Shown one piece after another: positions 55,854 to 64,000 of a stretch of 64,000 nucleotides of DNA. Both the position numbers and the translations under genes were made by a program. The DNA comes from a virus: the IMG/VR virus record IMGVR_UViG_3300020437_000004, positions 60,854-124,853 of that record; one strand, given 5' to 3'. The notes under the pieces are model-generated. The model was given only the letters and a program-made list of their open reading frames with translations. It made no database searches and was not told the DNA's origin. Every line of letters starts with the position of its first letter. The first letter of the stretch is position 1.

Positions 55854-55901
55854 TGTCTCCTAAGTGTACAAAGGGCGGTAATTGCTATAGTTATTTATAT
55901 A

Positions 55902-56549
55902 TTAGAAACTTTGAAGATACTCAGCAAACGCGGAAAGTTTCCTTTCTTCCATTTGTGAGCGTGCAGCGTTGTCGATTCTACGCTTAATTGTCTCGATGGT
56001 TTGCTCGTGAATTGCTCCACCTGCATAAACCCATTCCTTTCCTTCCATGATGCCATCTACAAAGGCATCGGGTGCGGAAGGATCGGCAACAATATCTGCT
56101 GCAGTTGCAAGCATAAAGTCATCCATGACGACTTTCATGCCATTTTCTTCCTTGATTGTCCCCAATCCTCTAGAGGAAACGCCAAGTTTTACACCTTCAT
56201 CAAGAAGATTCTTGGCAATGTTACCCATAGGAGTGTCGAGGATTCTCGCTTTTCCAATAAAGTTGTTTCCCTCATTAGTAAGGGATGTGATTAGATGTGA
56301 CACGCGGTCGAGATTAATCGTAGGACCATCAGGATGACCCAACTCTCCGAGTGCACGTCCTTTCTTAATGTATGATTCGTTATATTTATCAACCTCTCTT
56401 GCAAGAGTCTGCACAGGATACATCCTACCATTACGGTTTTTGATGGCACCTTGAAGGAACACGCCCTCAATGAAGTGACGTTTCTTTCCATCCTTGCCTT
56501 CGGTAATAGTTACCTTAGCGGATTCAATTTCCTCCCTGATCAGTTTCAT
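55902..56549 (-). CDS. gp21: Prohead protease gp21
   Basis: KNRNGRMY, GELGHP, GVSSRG, DPSAPDA. Confidence 0.97.
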   Translation of the reverse strand: MKLIREEIESAKVTITEGKDGKKRHFIEGVFLQGAIKNRNGRMYPVQTLAREVDKYNESYIKKGRALGELGHPDGPTINLDRVSHLITSLTNEGNNFIGKARILDTPMGNIAKNLLDEGVKLGVSSRGLGTIKEENGMKVVMDDFMLATAADIVADPSAPDAFVDGIMEGKEWVYAGGAIHEQTIETIKRRIDNAARSQMEERKLSAFAEYLQSF

Positions 56550-56775
56550 CGGGTGTCTCCTCTGGTTGTTCTTCTGTTTCAGTTGATGCTTCTGGTTGCT
56601 CTACCTCTTCCTCCTCGGGAGGCTCAGGTGCAAGAATGGTCTTGCCAACCTCTGCTTTTCTCGCATCGATTGCATCGACGGCAGCATCTTTCATTCCAGT
56701 AGCAACGTAATCACTTACGTCCTTCTTTCCTGCAAAAAGTGCATTAACGATATCTAAGGCTGCTTGAGTAGGCAT
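56524..56775 (-). CDS. Small acidic prohead core protein (gp67/68 position)
   Basis: Lies between g20 and g21; Glu-rich tail; TATAAATA upstream. Confidence 0.7.
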   Translation of the reverse strand: MPTQAALDIVNALFAGKKDVSDYVATGMKDAAVDAIDARKAEVGKTILAPEPPEEEEVEQPEASTETEEQPEETPDETDQGGN

Positions 56776-56799
56776 AATTTAATAAATCAATAATATTAT

Positions 56800-58428
56800 T
56801 TATATATTTCCCTGCTCATAGTCTGCGGGATCAATACCTTGCTCCGCAGGATCAGGCTCAGGAGGTTGTAAAGACATCTCCATTTGTGCCAATTCCAGTT
56901 GTTGCATCGCCATTGGGTCGATCAACTGTCCGCTATCGATTTCTTTCTTCATTTGCTTATCAATTTCGTTAAATTCTGCCTCAGTTTGACGTAGAATTTG
57001 ACGTCTTAGATACTCTAATGAGAAATATTTACCCGCATATGGATCCATTTGCTGCAGCAAAGCAAGTCTTTCGTTAAGAATTTCTTGTTGCTTAAGCTCA
57101 GAGAAGTAGTTATCTGCAACGTAATCGTATTGGATATGCTCCTTCATGTTATCCCAGTCTTCAAGTGTGATAACACCTTTGAGGACTAATTGGGTCTTCA
57201 GTAGATCATTAAAAAGATCACTGAAACGTTTGCGGAGTCTGACTATAAACTTTTGGAATTTAACTTCGTCTCTGGTGATCTCTGCAGACCTACCAATGTT
57301 GAAGCTGTTATCTGATTCCAGTCTGGACTCAGGGACGTTGAGTGCACGATATAATTTCTTTTGGAAATACTTGACATCCTCCAACTCACCTAGGTTTTGA
57401 CCACCTGGCAATGTAGAGATCTCTGTGCCTCTTCCTCCTTCACGTCTTGGTAGCCAGAAATCTTCTAGCATAGACATGAATTTCTTGTCGTCTCGAATCT
57501 CACCAGTATCCGCATTGTATACCAGTTTGTTTCTATATCGACTCATTACCTCGCGGAGGTATTGCTCTGCCTTTTGCTTAGGCAAGTTTCCTACATCGAT
57601 GTAGAAGATTCTTCTTTCGGGTGCTCTGGATAGACGATAGATAACCAGAGAATCCTCAATCATTCTTAGTTGATTGAGTGCTTTGATTGCCTTATGTAGG
57701 TGAGATAAGACAATATTTCTATTCATGTCCCTCTTACCAGAGTGGACATAACAGATAGCGTCGGGTGCAATCTTTACACCTTTATTCTCAAAACCACGGA
57801 GTCCTTTAGGAGCATAGATGTAATACTCTAAACTCTTTGGCACCAGTGATTCTGTAGTGGGATCGCCAGGTCCGTTTGCAAGACCAGATCCTCCTTTACC
57901 TCTGTCGTATTCGACAACCTTTTTGATTTTGCGGGGGTCGATATATCTTAATTCTGTGATTCCTTCCTGAGGTCTCTCAGGATTAATCATCTTATGGTAG
58001 AAAAGTCTACCATCGATATACCATCTGCGGAAAATATCGTACGCTCTTCTATCAAAATCCAACAAAGAAAGGACGTTTTCAAACTCCTCTCTGATTCTTT
58101 TCTTCATAGAATCGGAGACTTGGAGGTTAGAAAGCTCGATATCAATAGGATGATCGTCTAACTCACCTGCGATTGCCTCATTAACAACATCGTTGATAGC
58201 AGCATCCGCTTCTGGATGCAAACTCATCTCACGATATCTACCAATGAGATCCATCTCCGTGCCTTTGGATGACTCTTTGTCACCAAAGTCAACATACTGA
58301 CCGAAATAACCACCCGCTACAATAGGTTCGGCTGCGTCCTCACTATCTTTACGCACGAAAGAAGGACCCTTCGGTTGCGAGGAGCCCTTCTTCTTGCGAT
58401 CAAGAGAATAACCAAATAATTGAGCCAT
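56800..58428 (-). CDS. gp20: Portal protein gp20
   Basis: WYIDGR, YRLSRAPERRIFYIDVG, EDFWLPRR. Confidence 0.98.
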   Translation of the reverse strand: MAQLFGYSLDRKKKGSSQPKGPSFVRKDSEDAAEPIVAGGYFGQYVDFGDKESSKGTEMDLIGRYREMSLHPEADAAINDVVNEAIAGELDDHPIDIELSNLQVSDSMKKRIREEFENVLSLLDFDRRAYDIFRRWYIDGRLFYHKMINPERPQEGITELRYIDPRKIKKVVEYDRGKGGSGLANGPGDPTTESLVPKSLEYYIYAPKGLRGFENKGVKIAPDAICYVHSGKRDMNRNIVLSHLHKAIKALNQLRMIEDSLVIYRLSRAPERRIFYIDVGNLPKQKAEQYLREVMSRYRNKLVYNADTGEIRDDKKFMSMLEDFWLPRREGGRGTEISTLPGGQNLGELEDVKYFQKKLYRALNVPESRLESDNSFNIGRSAEITRDEVKFQKFIVRLRKRFSDLFNDLLKTQLVLKGVITLEDWDNMKEHIQYDYVADNYFSELKQQEILNERLALLQQMDPYAGKYFSLEYLRRQILRQTEAEFNEIDKQMKKEIDSGQLIDPMAMQQLELAQMEMSLQPPEPDPAEQGIDPADYEQGNI

Positions 58429-58472
58429 TCAAATAAGTAACTAGGTTGTAGTTATTTAGCGACTTCCAAAAA

Positions 58473-59120
58473 CTAGTTTTTTGGTTGGTGGTGTGCTGCG
58501 TTAACGTCTGACGCATAAGTCCAGTACTGAACCTGGAACTCAACAGTATACTCTTCGGGAGTATCGTTGCTATCCCATGCAAGATCGATTGCACTGATGT
58601 TGCTTGGCCAGATACCTTCAAACTTGTATGCACGAGTCTGCTCAGATTGTCTGTCATACTGACGGACGATTGCCTGAGTCTGGTAGTTAGCAGGTGAATC
58701 GAATGATTGGAAGTTCTGTTGAAGTGCTTGGATCTGTGTAGACCAGTTTTCCAACTGATTTCTAATCACGAAGTTAGCGTCGTTAAGAACGGTAACTGTC
58801 CATGGTTCGTAAGTCCTGTCTCCTGCAATCTTAATGGTGCGTCCTCTATAAGGGACTTCGATAACACCAACAGTGGATGCGGGAATGTTTGCTGCTTTAA
58901 CAAGAAGAGTAGCAAGGTTACCACCGAAAGGTTGACTTGCTGCTTCTGCTTCTGCTGCGTCGGATGCACCACCGCTTCCGCCGATGTTTGCAGATTGAGA
59001 AAGTTGAGGGAAAGTTAACTCTACTTGGAACAGATTAGGGCGAGCAAGATCCCCAATCTTATTTCTGAAGTCGAAAATAGGAGAGTTAATCTGCCCTCCT
59101 TCGACGTTATTGACTGCCAT
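58473..59120 (-). CDS. gp19: Tail tube protein gp19
   Basis: ARPNLFQV, PYRGRTIKIAGDRTY, WPSNIS.IDL.WD. Confidence 0.96.
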   Translation of the reverse strand: MAVNNVEGGQINSPIFDFRNKIGDLARPNLFQVELTFPQLSQSANIGGSGGASDAAEAEAASQPFGGNLATLLVKAANIPASTVGVIEVPYRGRTIKIAGDRTYEPWTVTVLNDANFVIRNQLENWSTQIQALQQNFQSFDSPANYQTQAIVRQYDRQSEQTRAYKFEGIWPSNISAIDLAWDSNDTPEEYTVEFQVQYWTYASDVNAAHHQPKN

Positions 59121-59173
59121 GTGAAAAATCTCCTATTTAATCGAATTGACTACGAAGTCGTAGCACGGTTTAC

Positions 59174-61945
59174 TTAGGTTGCAACCTCGGAGAAGCTAGC
59201 TCCAGTCCTTGTTGCAGTGAAGGTTAGTGTGATGAAGTTAATAGATCTAGTAGGTTTGATGAAGATCTCAGCATAAAACTCGCCTCTGTCAATAGACTCA
59301 GGTGGGTTGTTAGTGCTGTCGCAGACAACCAAGAAGTCAGTAACGCCACGACGTGACTGTACGGATCTCATGAAAGGTTCTACGATATTCTTGAAACCTT
59401 GGCGAGTAAACTCGTCATTCAATTCAAAGAGTTGTGTCTTAGCAGCTTGTGCGATCGCACCTTCCAAGACAAGGAAGAGACGTCTTACGTTGATTCTATC
59501 GAATGCAGACTGATAAGCGAGAGCGGTCTTGTCTCCGAAGAGGACGATACCTTCGCCAGGGAATGCAACGATTGGGTTAACTCTAGCAGCGTAAAGTCTA
59601 TCTCTGTGATCTTTAAGAGGAGAGTAAGCAAGTTTAACTGCGTTACGAAGTTGTCCTCTATTGAAACCTGCAGGTGAGAACCAAGGCTCCTGATTCAGAG
59701 TTGTGCTAAGTGTAAGACCTGCAACGTCTGCGTTACATGGGATGTAACGGTAAACATCGTTGTAGCGGTCATAGATGTATTTGTAGTTATTGTCAAATAC
59801 TGCGTAAGAAGAAGATGAAAGTTGATCAAAGAAACTTACAGTCTTGTCAACAATGTCTCCAACTGCAGAAACACCAACAACGTCACCTCTGTAAGGTGAG
59901 ATGAATGCCATGCAGTCTTTACGAGTGCTTGCGATATCGATAACCTTCTGTGCCTTAGCGATTGTGTCGCTGAGGTTACTCATTGAAGGTCCCATGAGGA
60001 CGTAATCTACTTCCTCAGTCTCAGCATCACTAAAGAGATCGTAACCTGCAAGTAGTGAAGGACGGTCAACAGTGAAACCATCTACACCACCTTGAAGGTG
60101 ATACTTAACGGTGCCGTTATTCTTAGTGCCGATAACAGGGATGCTGTTAGGATCAAGACCACTGATGTCGTCTCCACCATAAAGAGCATTATCCGCTTTG
60201 ATCAAGTCAAAGTCTCTGTTAGTTACGCTACCACCCCATGATCCGTCTGCTGTGCCAGAGCGGTCAAAGATGTTATTGGTCTCGTGAGATCCCCAGTAAA
60301 CATAGGAGGATTTATTCATCAAGACATCGACGTAGTAAAGTGACTCGCCTTGTGGAGACTTAGCGTCGGATGCCTTAGAAAGGTTAGTAAACTTCTCAAG
60401 CAATGAGCCAGGTGTGCCTGTCAAACCTCCGTCACCATCAAGGATGAGGACGTGCACGAGGTCTCTGTATCCACCACGGTCATCTGCCCATGCAGAAGTG
60501 CCAGGACGAGGAGCGATGTTGATCCACTTCTCGTTGTAACCATACTGTCTGCTCTCGTAGTCACTACCGATTGCAATAGCAGATACAGTAGCAGCGTTTC
60601 CGTCAGAAACAGTTTGGTTTGCTTGGAAGAGAGGAGAAGTCTTGTTAAGAGAAACTCTCAATTCTCTAGAGATAGACAAGATCTTACCAGATGTGCCAGT
60701 AGCAGATCCAGGTGATCCTGCATTGTTTGCCAACTCAGTAATAGTATCTCCAACTTCCCAGAAGTCAGATGCAGTGCTATCAATGCTTACTTCAAGTTTC
60801 TGTGTTTCCTTGTCGAAAGCAACAACGCCACCAGTGATGTTACCAGAAAGACCGTTGTAGAAGTTACCTGCTTTGAAGTTACCCACTAGAGTGCTATTCT
60901 CTTCAAGAGTAATAACAACAGTGTAGGAGTAAACCTTACCGAAGATGTTAGCAGCAGAGTAAGAGATTTCAGCACCAGATGCGAATTCCCACTCAGCAGA
61001 AGATGGTTGTGCAAGATAAAGTACTTGATCAGCACCTGCATCAGTCATTACGACTCTAATGCTGTTGCCGAATTGACCAGGAGTCTTAGATGCCCACTTC
61101 CAGTTATTAGAAGCATCCTTAACAGTTGACTCATATGCATCAAGATTCTTAATCAAAGGAGCAGTAATACCAGTAGAGGTTTGCTCGTTGATTTGAGTCT
61201 TGTTAGAAGAAACCGTTAGGAGAGTAACAGTAGATCCATCAGTGTGTGCTGCTGCAGTAGAGCTCAATGCTGAGCGAGTAACAGTAAGGTCGTTACCTGC
61301 AACACCAGTTACTTGGAGAATCTCATCGTCAATTCTAATATAGGAGTTAGTACCTGCTCCAAGAGTTGCTACAGAAGCAACAGTAAGAGTGGTATCAGCA
61401 TCAGTAAATGTAGATCCTTCGTTGATGGTAGAAGTGCTACCTGCAGTCTCGATCAAAGTGACTTGTGATCCTGCTGCGTGAGAAACCCCAGATGTCTGAA
61501 GTTGTCCACGAGTAACAACAACGTCGTTACCAGACACAGACCCAATGGTCATGATCTCTGCGTCAATCAAAAGAAGATCAGCGACATCAAAGTCAGTGGT
61601 AGACAATACTGTGAGTGTAGTGTCGTTAGCACTAAAAGTAGTATTAGTAAACTGTGCAGTGTCAATAGCATTCTTAAGTGAATTGCTCATTGCACGGACA
61701 ATCTTCATGGTGCCACCATAAAGAAGGTATTGTGCTGCACTAAACCAATACTCAAAGTTTGAATTACTTGGTCTACCGAAAATTGCGAGAAGCTCCTTCT
61801 CACTAGTTACCGAGACGATTTGCTCTACTGGTCCTTTCTCAAAACTTCCAACCATTGCTGCTACGTTATCTACGGTAGCGTTAACAACGTTAGTGAGATC
61901 TCTTTCCAGTACAACAACACCTGGTGAAAGTTGCGTTGATGCCAT
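59174..61945 (-). CDS. gp18: Tail sheath protein gp18 with duplicated inserted domain
   Basis: SPGVVVLERD, GSFEKGP, PWFSPAG, RINVRRLF, KPTRSINFI. Confidence 0.97.
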   Translation of the reverse strand: MASTQLSPGVVVLERDLTNVVNATVDNVAAMVGSFEKGPVEQIVSVTSEKELLAIFGRPSNSNFEYWFSAAQYLLYGGTMKIVRAMSNSLKNAIDTAQFTNTTFSANDTTLTVLSTTDFDVADLLLIDAEIMTIGSVSGNDVVVTRGQLQTSGVSHAAGSQVTLIETAGSTSTINEGSTFTDADTTLTVASVATLGAGTNSYIRIDDEILQVTGVAGNDLTVTRSALSSTAAAHTDGSTVTLLTVSSNKTQINEQTSTGITAPLIKNLDAYESTVKDASNNWKWASKTPGQFGNSIRVVMTDAGADQVLYLAQPSSAEWEFASGAEISYSAANIFGKVYSYTVVITLEENSTLVGNFKAGNFYNGLSGNITGGVVAFDKETQKLEVSIDSTASDFWEVGDTITELANNAGSPGSATGTSGKILSISRELRVSLNKTSPLFQANQTVSDGNAATVSAIAIGSDYESRQYGYNEKWINIAPRPGTSAWADDRGGYRDLVHVLILDGDGGLTGTPGSLLEKFTNLSKASDAKSPQGESLYYVDVLMNKSSYVYWGSHETNNIFDRSGTADGSWGGSVTNRDFDLIKADNALYGGDDISGLDPNSIPVIGTKNNGTVKYHLQGGVDGFTVDRPSLLAGYDLFSDAETEEVDYVLMGPSMSNLSDTIAKAQKVIDIASTRKDCMAFISPYRGDVVGVSAVGDIVDKTVSFFDQLSSSSYAVFDNNYKYIYDRYNDVYRYIPCNADVAGLTLSTTLNQEPWFSPAGFNRGQLRNAVKLAYSPLKDHRDRLYAARVNPIVAFPGEGIVLFGDKTALAYQSAFDRINVRRLFLVLEGAIAQAAKTQLFELNDEFTRQGFKNIVEPFMRSVQSRRGVTDFLVVCDSTNNPPESIDRGEFYAEIFIKPTRSINFITLTFTATRTGASFSEVAT
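61217..61645 (-). repeat. Two tandem ~70-aa beta repeats inside gp18
   Basis: TF..DTTLTV...IDxEI..I/V..V.GND..VTR......H..GS.VTL occurs twice. Confidence 0.75.
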
Positions 61946-62034
61946 GTTTGTATACTCCTAAAACGGGTCAATACGGATGCTATGAATATTTATTGTTTTA
62001 GGTTTTTCAAAGGGGTGATCATGACGTGAGCATA

Positions 62035-62259
62035 TTACCAGTCAGGATAGTCAGACCATTTTACTTTTCTTTTTCGGGATTTATTTACTCTTCTTACTGT
62101 GCATTCCTTACATGTATATGCGTAGGCAGATGGGACGTTGCCTCGGTCTTTCTTTGTCATATAAAAACCATCTATCAAGTCAAACGTCCTCAGGCATTTC
62201 CTACATTGCCTTTCTACGAATAAAAGATTCTCTAAACCAAACTGCTCTTCAATACTCAT
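62035..62259 (-). CDS. Small CxxC...CxxC zinc-binding protein
   Basis: CRKC...CKEC; start MSIEEQ. Confidence 0.72.
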   Translation of the reverse strand: MSIEEQFGLENLLFVERQCRKCLRTFDLIDGFYMTKKDRGNVPSAYAYTCKECTVRRVNKSRKRKVKWSDYPDW

Positions 62260-62362
62260 CTTCTTCGGACTTCCTCGCCCAGTATCCAAACACCACACCT
62301 GCAGTGAATATCATTAAGACAAACAATATGTTGCCCATAGAAACTAAGTTTGCTTCTATCAT
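62249..62362 (-). CDS. 37-aa TM peptide
   Basis: Hand-translated MIEANLVSMGNILFVLMIFTAGVVFGYWARKSEEDEY. Confidence 0.5.
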   Translation of the reverse strand: MIEANLVSMGNILFVLMIFTAGVVFGYWARKSEEDEY

Positions 62363-62550
62363 TTGATAAAGTTATGTTTAGATGTGCTGCTCTTTGTCCT
62401 GTTATGGATAACGATAAATCTATCTGCTGCAAACGTGCCTGCAAGACAGACATCAATCTCGTCACCATCTTCCCAGTTGATATCACCATTCTTCTTGGTG
62501 TGATTCATTGCTTCTTGAATCTTATCAATAATCGCAGTCGTTAATTCCAT
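62359..62550 (-). CDS. Conserved cyanophage hypothetical protein
   Basis: 63-aa ORF (DVCLAGTFAADRFIVI). Confidence 0.65.
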   Translation of the reverse strand: MELTTAIIDKIQEAMNHTKKNGDINWEDGDEIDVCLAGTFAADRFIVIHNRTKSSTSKHNFIK

Positions 62551-62740
62551 AGGGTGTTAGATCATATTTAACTTGGGCAATGCCCTCATGTTCTATTTTA
62601 ACAGGTTGTCCGATAATCGCGAGGATATCGGCAGGGATTTTTTTCTTAGTGATATCATAAGGGATGGGTGCATTTGACACACATACCCTTATGCATTCCC
62701 ATTGCTCCTCCGTGAGGGAGTAACTAGTCGTCATGGTCAT
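62525..62740 (-). CDS. Conserved cyanophage hypothetical protein
   Basis: 71-aa ORF (APIPYDITKKKIP). Confidence 0.6.
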   Translation of the reverse strand: MTMTTSYSLTEEQWECIRVCVSNAPIPYDITKKKIPADILAIIGQPVKIEHEGIAQVKYDLTPYGINDCDY

Positions 62741-62945
62741 CCCATGGATCTGCTAGTCCTTTATTATCAAAGAATGCTTTGTATACACCAAAACCTGCAA
62801 GCAACACAGTAATGACTACGAATGAGATAGCAAACGTAATGTTTGGGTTAGCGTTGTAATGCGGAATAATTGCATTACACTTTGTCCAAGTGCCAGGCAG
62901 TGTGTAGACTGGCGGACAAGAAATAAAAATCATCGAAATTCCCAC
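62724..62945 (-). CDS. psbN: PsbN-like membrane protein
   Basis: Single TM followed by LADPWDDHDD, compared with the PsbN C-terminus L.DPF..HED. Confidence 0.7.
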   Translation of the reverse strand: MGISMIFISCPPVYTLPGTWTKCNAIIPHYNANPNITFAISFVVITVLLAGFGVYKAFFDNKGLADPWDDHDD

Positions 62946-64000
62946 ATGTAAGATCGGTCACCGTATTCGTCAGTATGCCATCTATCACCATCTTTGTCAA
63001 CAAATGTTTCCTCATCCATTCCATCGTCGATGAAACCAAAGGGTGCCATGTCTGCTTCAATCTGCTCTTTCTGCTCTTGATACAGACGTGCTCGGACATC
63101 ATTGTCATGCAACTCTCTGAAGTAATCAGATGTTGCCAACCAACTAAAGATAACAATACACATGGCAAGGTCGTCGTTACAACCTTCTTCTGCTTCCCAC
63201 GCTTGACCTTTCTGTATGAAAGTAGTTAACTCTGCAATTATATCATAATCTAGGAAGGTTAGTTTATCTGTTTCAATCAATGTTTTCATATTAGAACATC
63301 CAGTCTTCTTGACTGTGGTGCTCATCTTGACACCTAATTGTGTCTTACTCCCTGAGAATCCTTGTCCCACAACCTGTCCTGCACGTCCCCGCATAGCACA
63401 CATCAATAGATTGTCATACTCAAGATCATACTGCAGGATGTCCGCAACCTGACCGCCGATATCATTTACCTCTGCCATGATATACGCATGGTTATAACTG
63501 CATGCAACCTGATGAATTACATTAGGGAATAGCATAGGTTTAATTACATTATTCCTATACTTTGCTACGATGCGATATGGGATAGTAGTGGTGTCAAATA
63601 CAATAAATGCTGAGTAATCCTTTGTAATACCTCTTGCTACGTCAACTGTCATCACATATGTATTGTCCGCAACAGGTTCTTCGTATATGTCTAGTCCCGC
63701 ATTCCTAGTCAAAGGATCTTCATATGTGAGAATCTTTAGTTTACTTGATGTGATCAGTGTGTTGACAGATCCTAGAAACTCACACTCAAACTCTTGGTTA
63801 AACTGCTCTTCAGATGTGTTAGCAATAGTTTGCTCTCGCCAATTCTCATCTCTACCTGGCACCTCAGACCAGTGCACTTCTGTTGTTACATACTCATTCC
63901 TATTCAACTCTGCGTCATGCCAGAGTTTATAAAACATATTCATACCCTTAGGGGTAGAAATGATAATCACCTTAGTTGACTTACCTGAGGATATAGTAGG
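62930..64000 (-). CDS. gp17: Terminase large subunit gp17, C-terminal part
   Basis: IIISTPKG, FNQEFECEF, VDVARG, DDLAM; 5' end lies outside the window. Confidence 0.97.
   Translation of the reverse strand, partial: PTISSGKSTKVIIISTPKGMNMFYKLWHDAELNRNEYVTTEVHWSEVPGRDENWREQTIANTSEEQFNQEFECEFLGSVNTLITSSKLKILTYEDPLTRNAGLDIYEEPVADNTYVMTVDVARGITKDYSAFIVFDTTTIPYRIVAKYRNNVIKPMLFPNVIHQVACSYNHAYIMAEVNDIGGQVADILQYDLEYDNLLMCAMRGRAGQVVGQGFSGSKTQLGVKMSTTVKKTGCSNMKTLIETDKLTFLDYDIIAELTTFIQKGQAWEAEEGCNDDLAMCIVIFSWLATSDYFRELHDNDVRARLYQEQKEQIEADMAPFGFIDDGMDEETFVDKDGDRWHTDEYGDRSYMWEFR

Noticed and set aside
767-63979. Numerous 60-135 aa plus-strand and alternate-frame ORFs in the track
   Set aside because: They are antisense or off-frame shadows of well-supported genes, with no motifs or ribosome-binding sites. 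Only 32763-34478 is accepted on the plus strand.

Overview
A 64-kb segment of a T4-like marine cyanomyovirus. The D1 sequence has Prochlorococcus-type signatures. Almost all genes are on the minus strand. In transcription order (right to left) the window holds: terminase g17 (partial), psbN-like, g18-g19-g20-g21-g22-g23, g3, uvsY-uvsW, g55-g47-g46, a VWA/HEXXH protein with denV and a MoxR/CobS AAA ATPase, g45-g44, two 2OG oxygenases, dam, pcyA, g62-regA, a seven-gene membrane/secreted cluster (three genes on the plus strand), hsp20, g43-uvsX-g41-mazG, a late cluster of probable head-internal proteins with a nucleotidyltransferase, g61-nrdA-nrdB, two glutamine-II riboswitch aptamers with DUF4278, a manA-like RNA, talC, an oxygenase cluster with tRNA-Arg, three hli genes, a peroxiredoxin, psbA, and a large Pro/Cys-rich gene running off the left edge. 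Main findings: (1) tandem glutamine riboswitch aptamers, the second with a 60-codon ORF inside its P2 loop; (2) a small protein carrying a 22/30-identical copy of the gp23 N-arm and its maturation site; (3) a late-promoter, convergent seven-gene envelope module; (4) a 7-4-7 palindrome 31-32 nt upstream of four -10 boxes. All family calls come from motif recognition by eye; no database search was run. Several starts were moved from the ORF track by hand.
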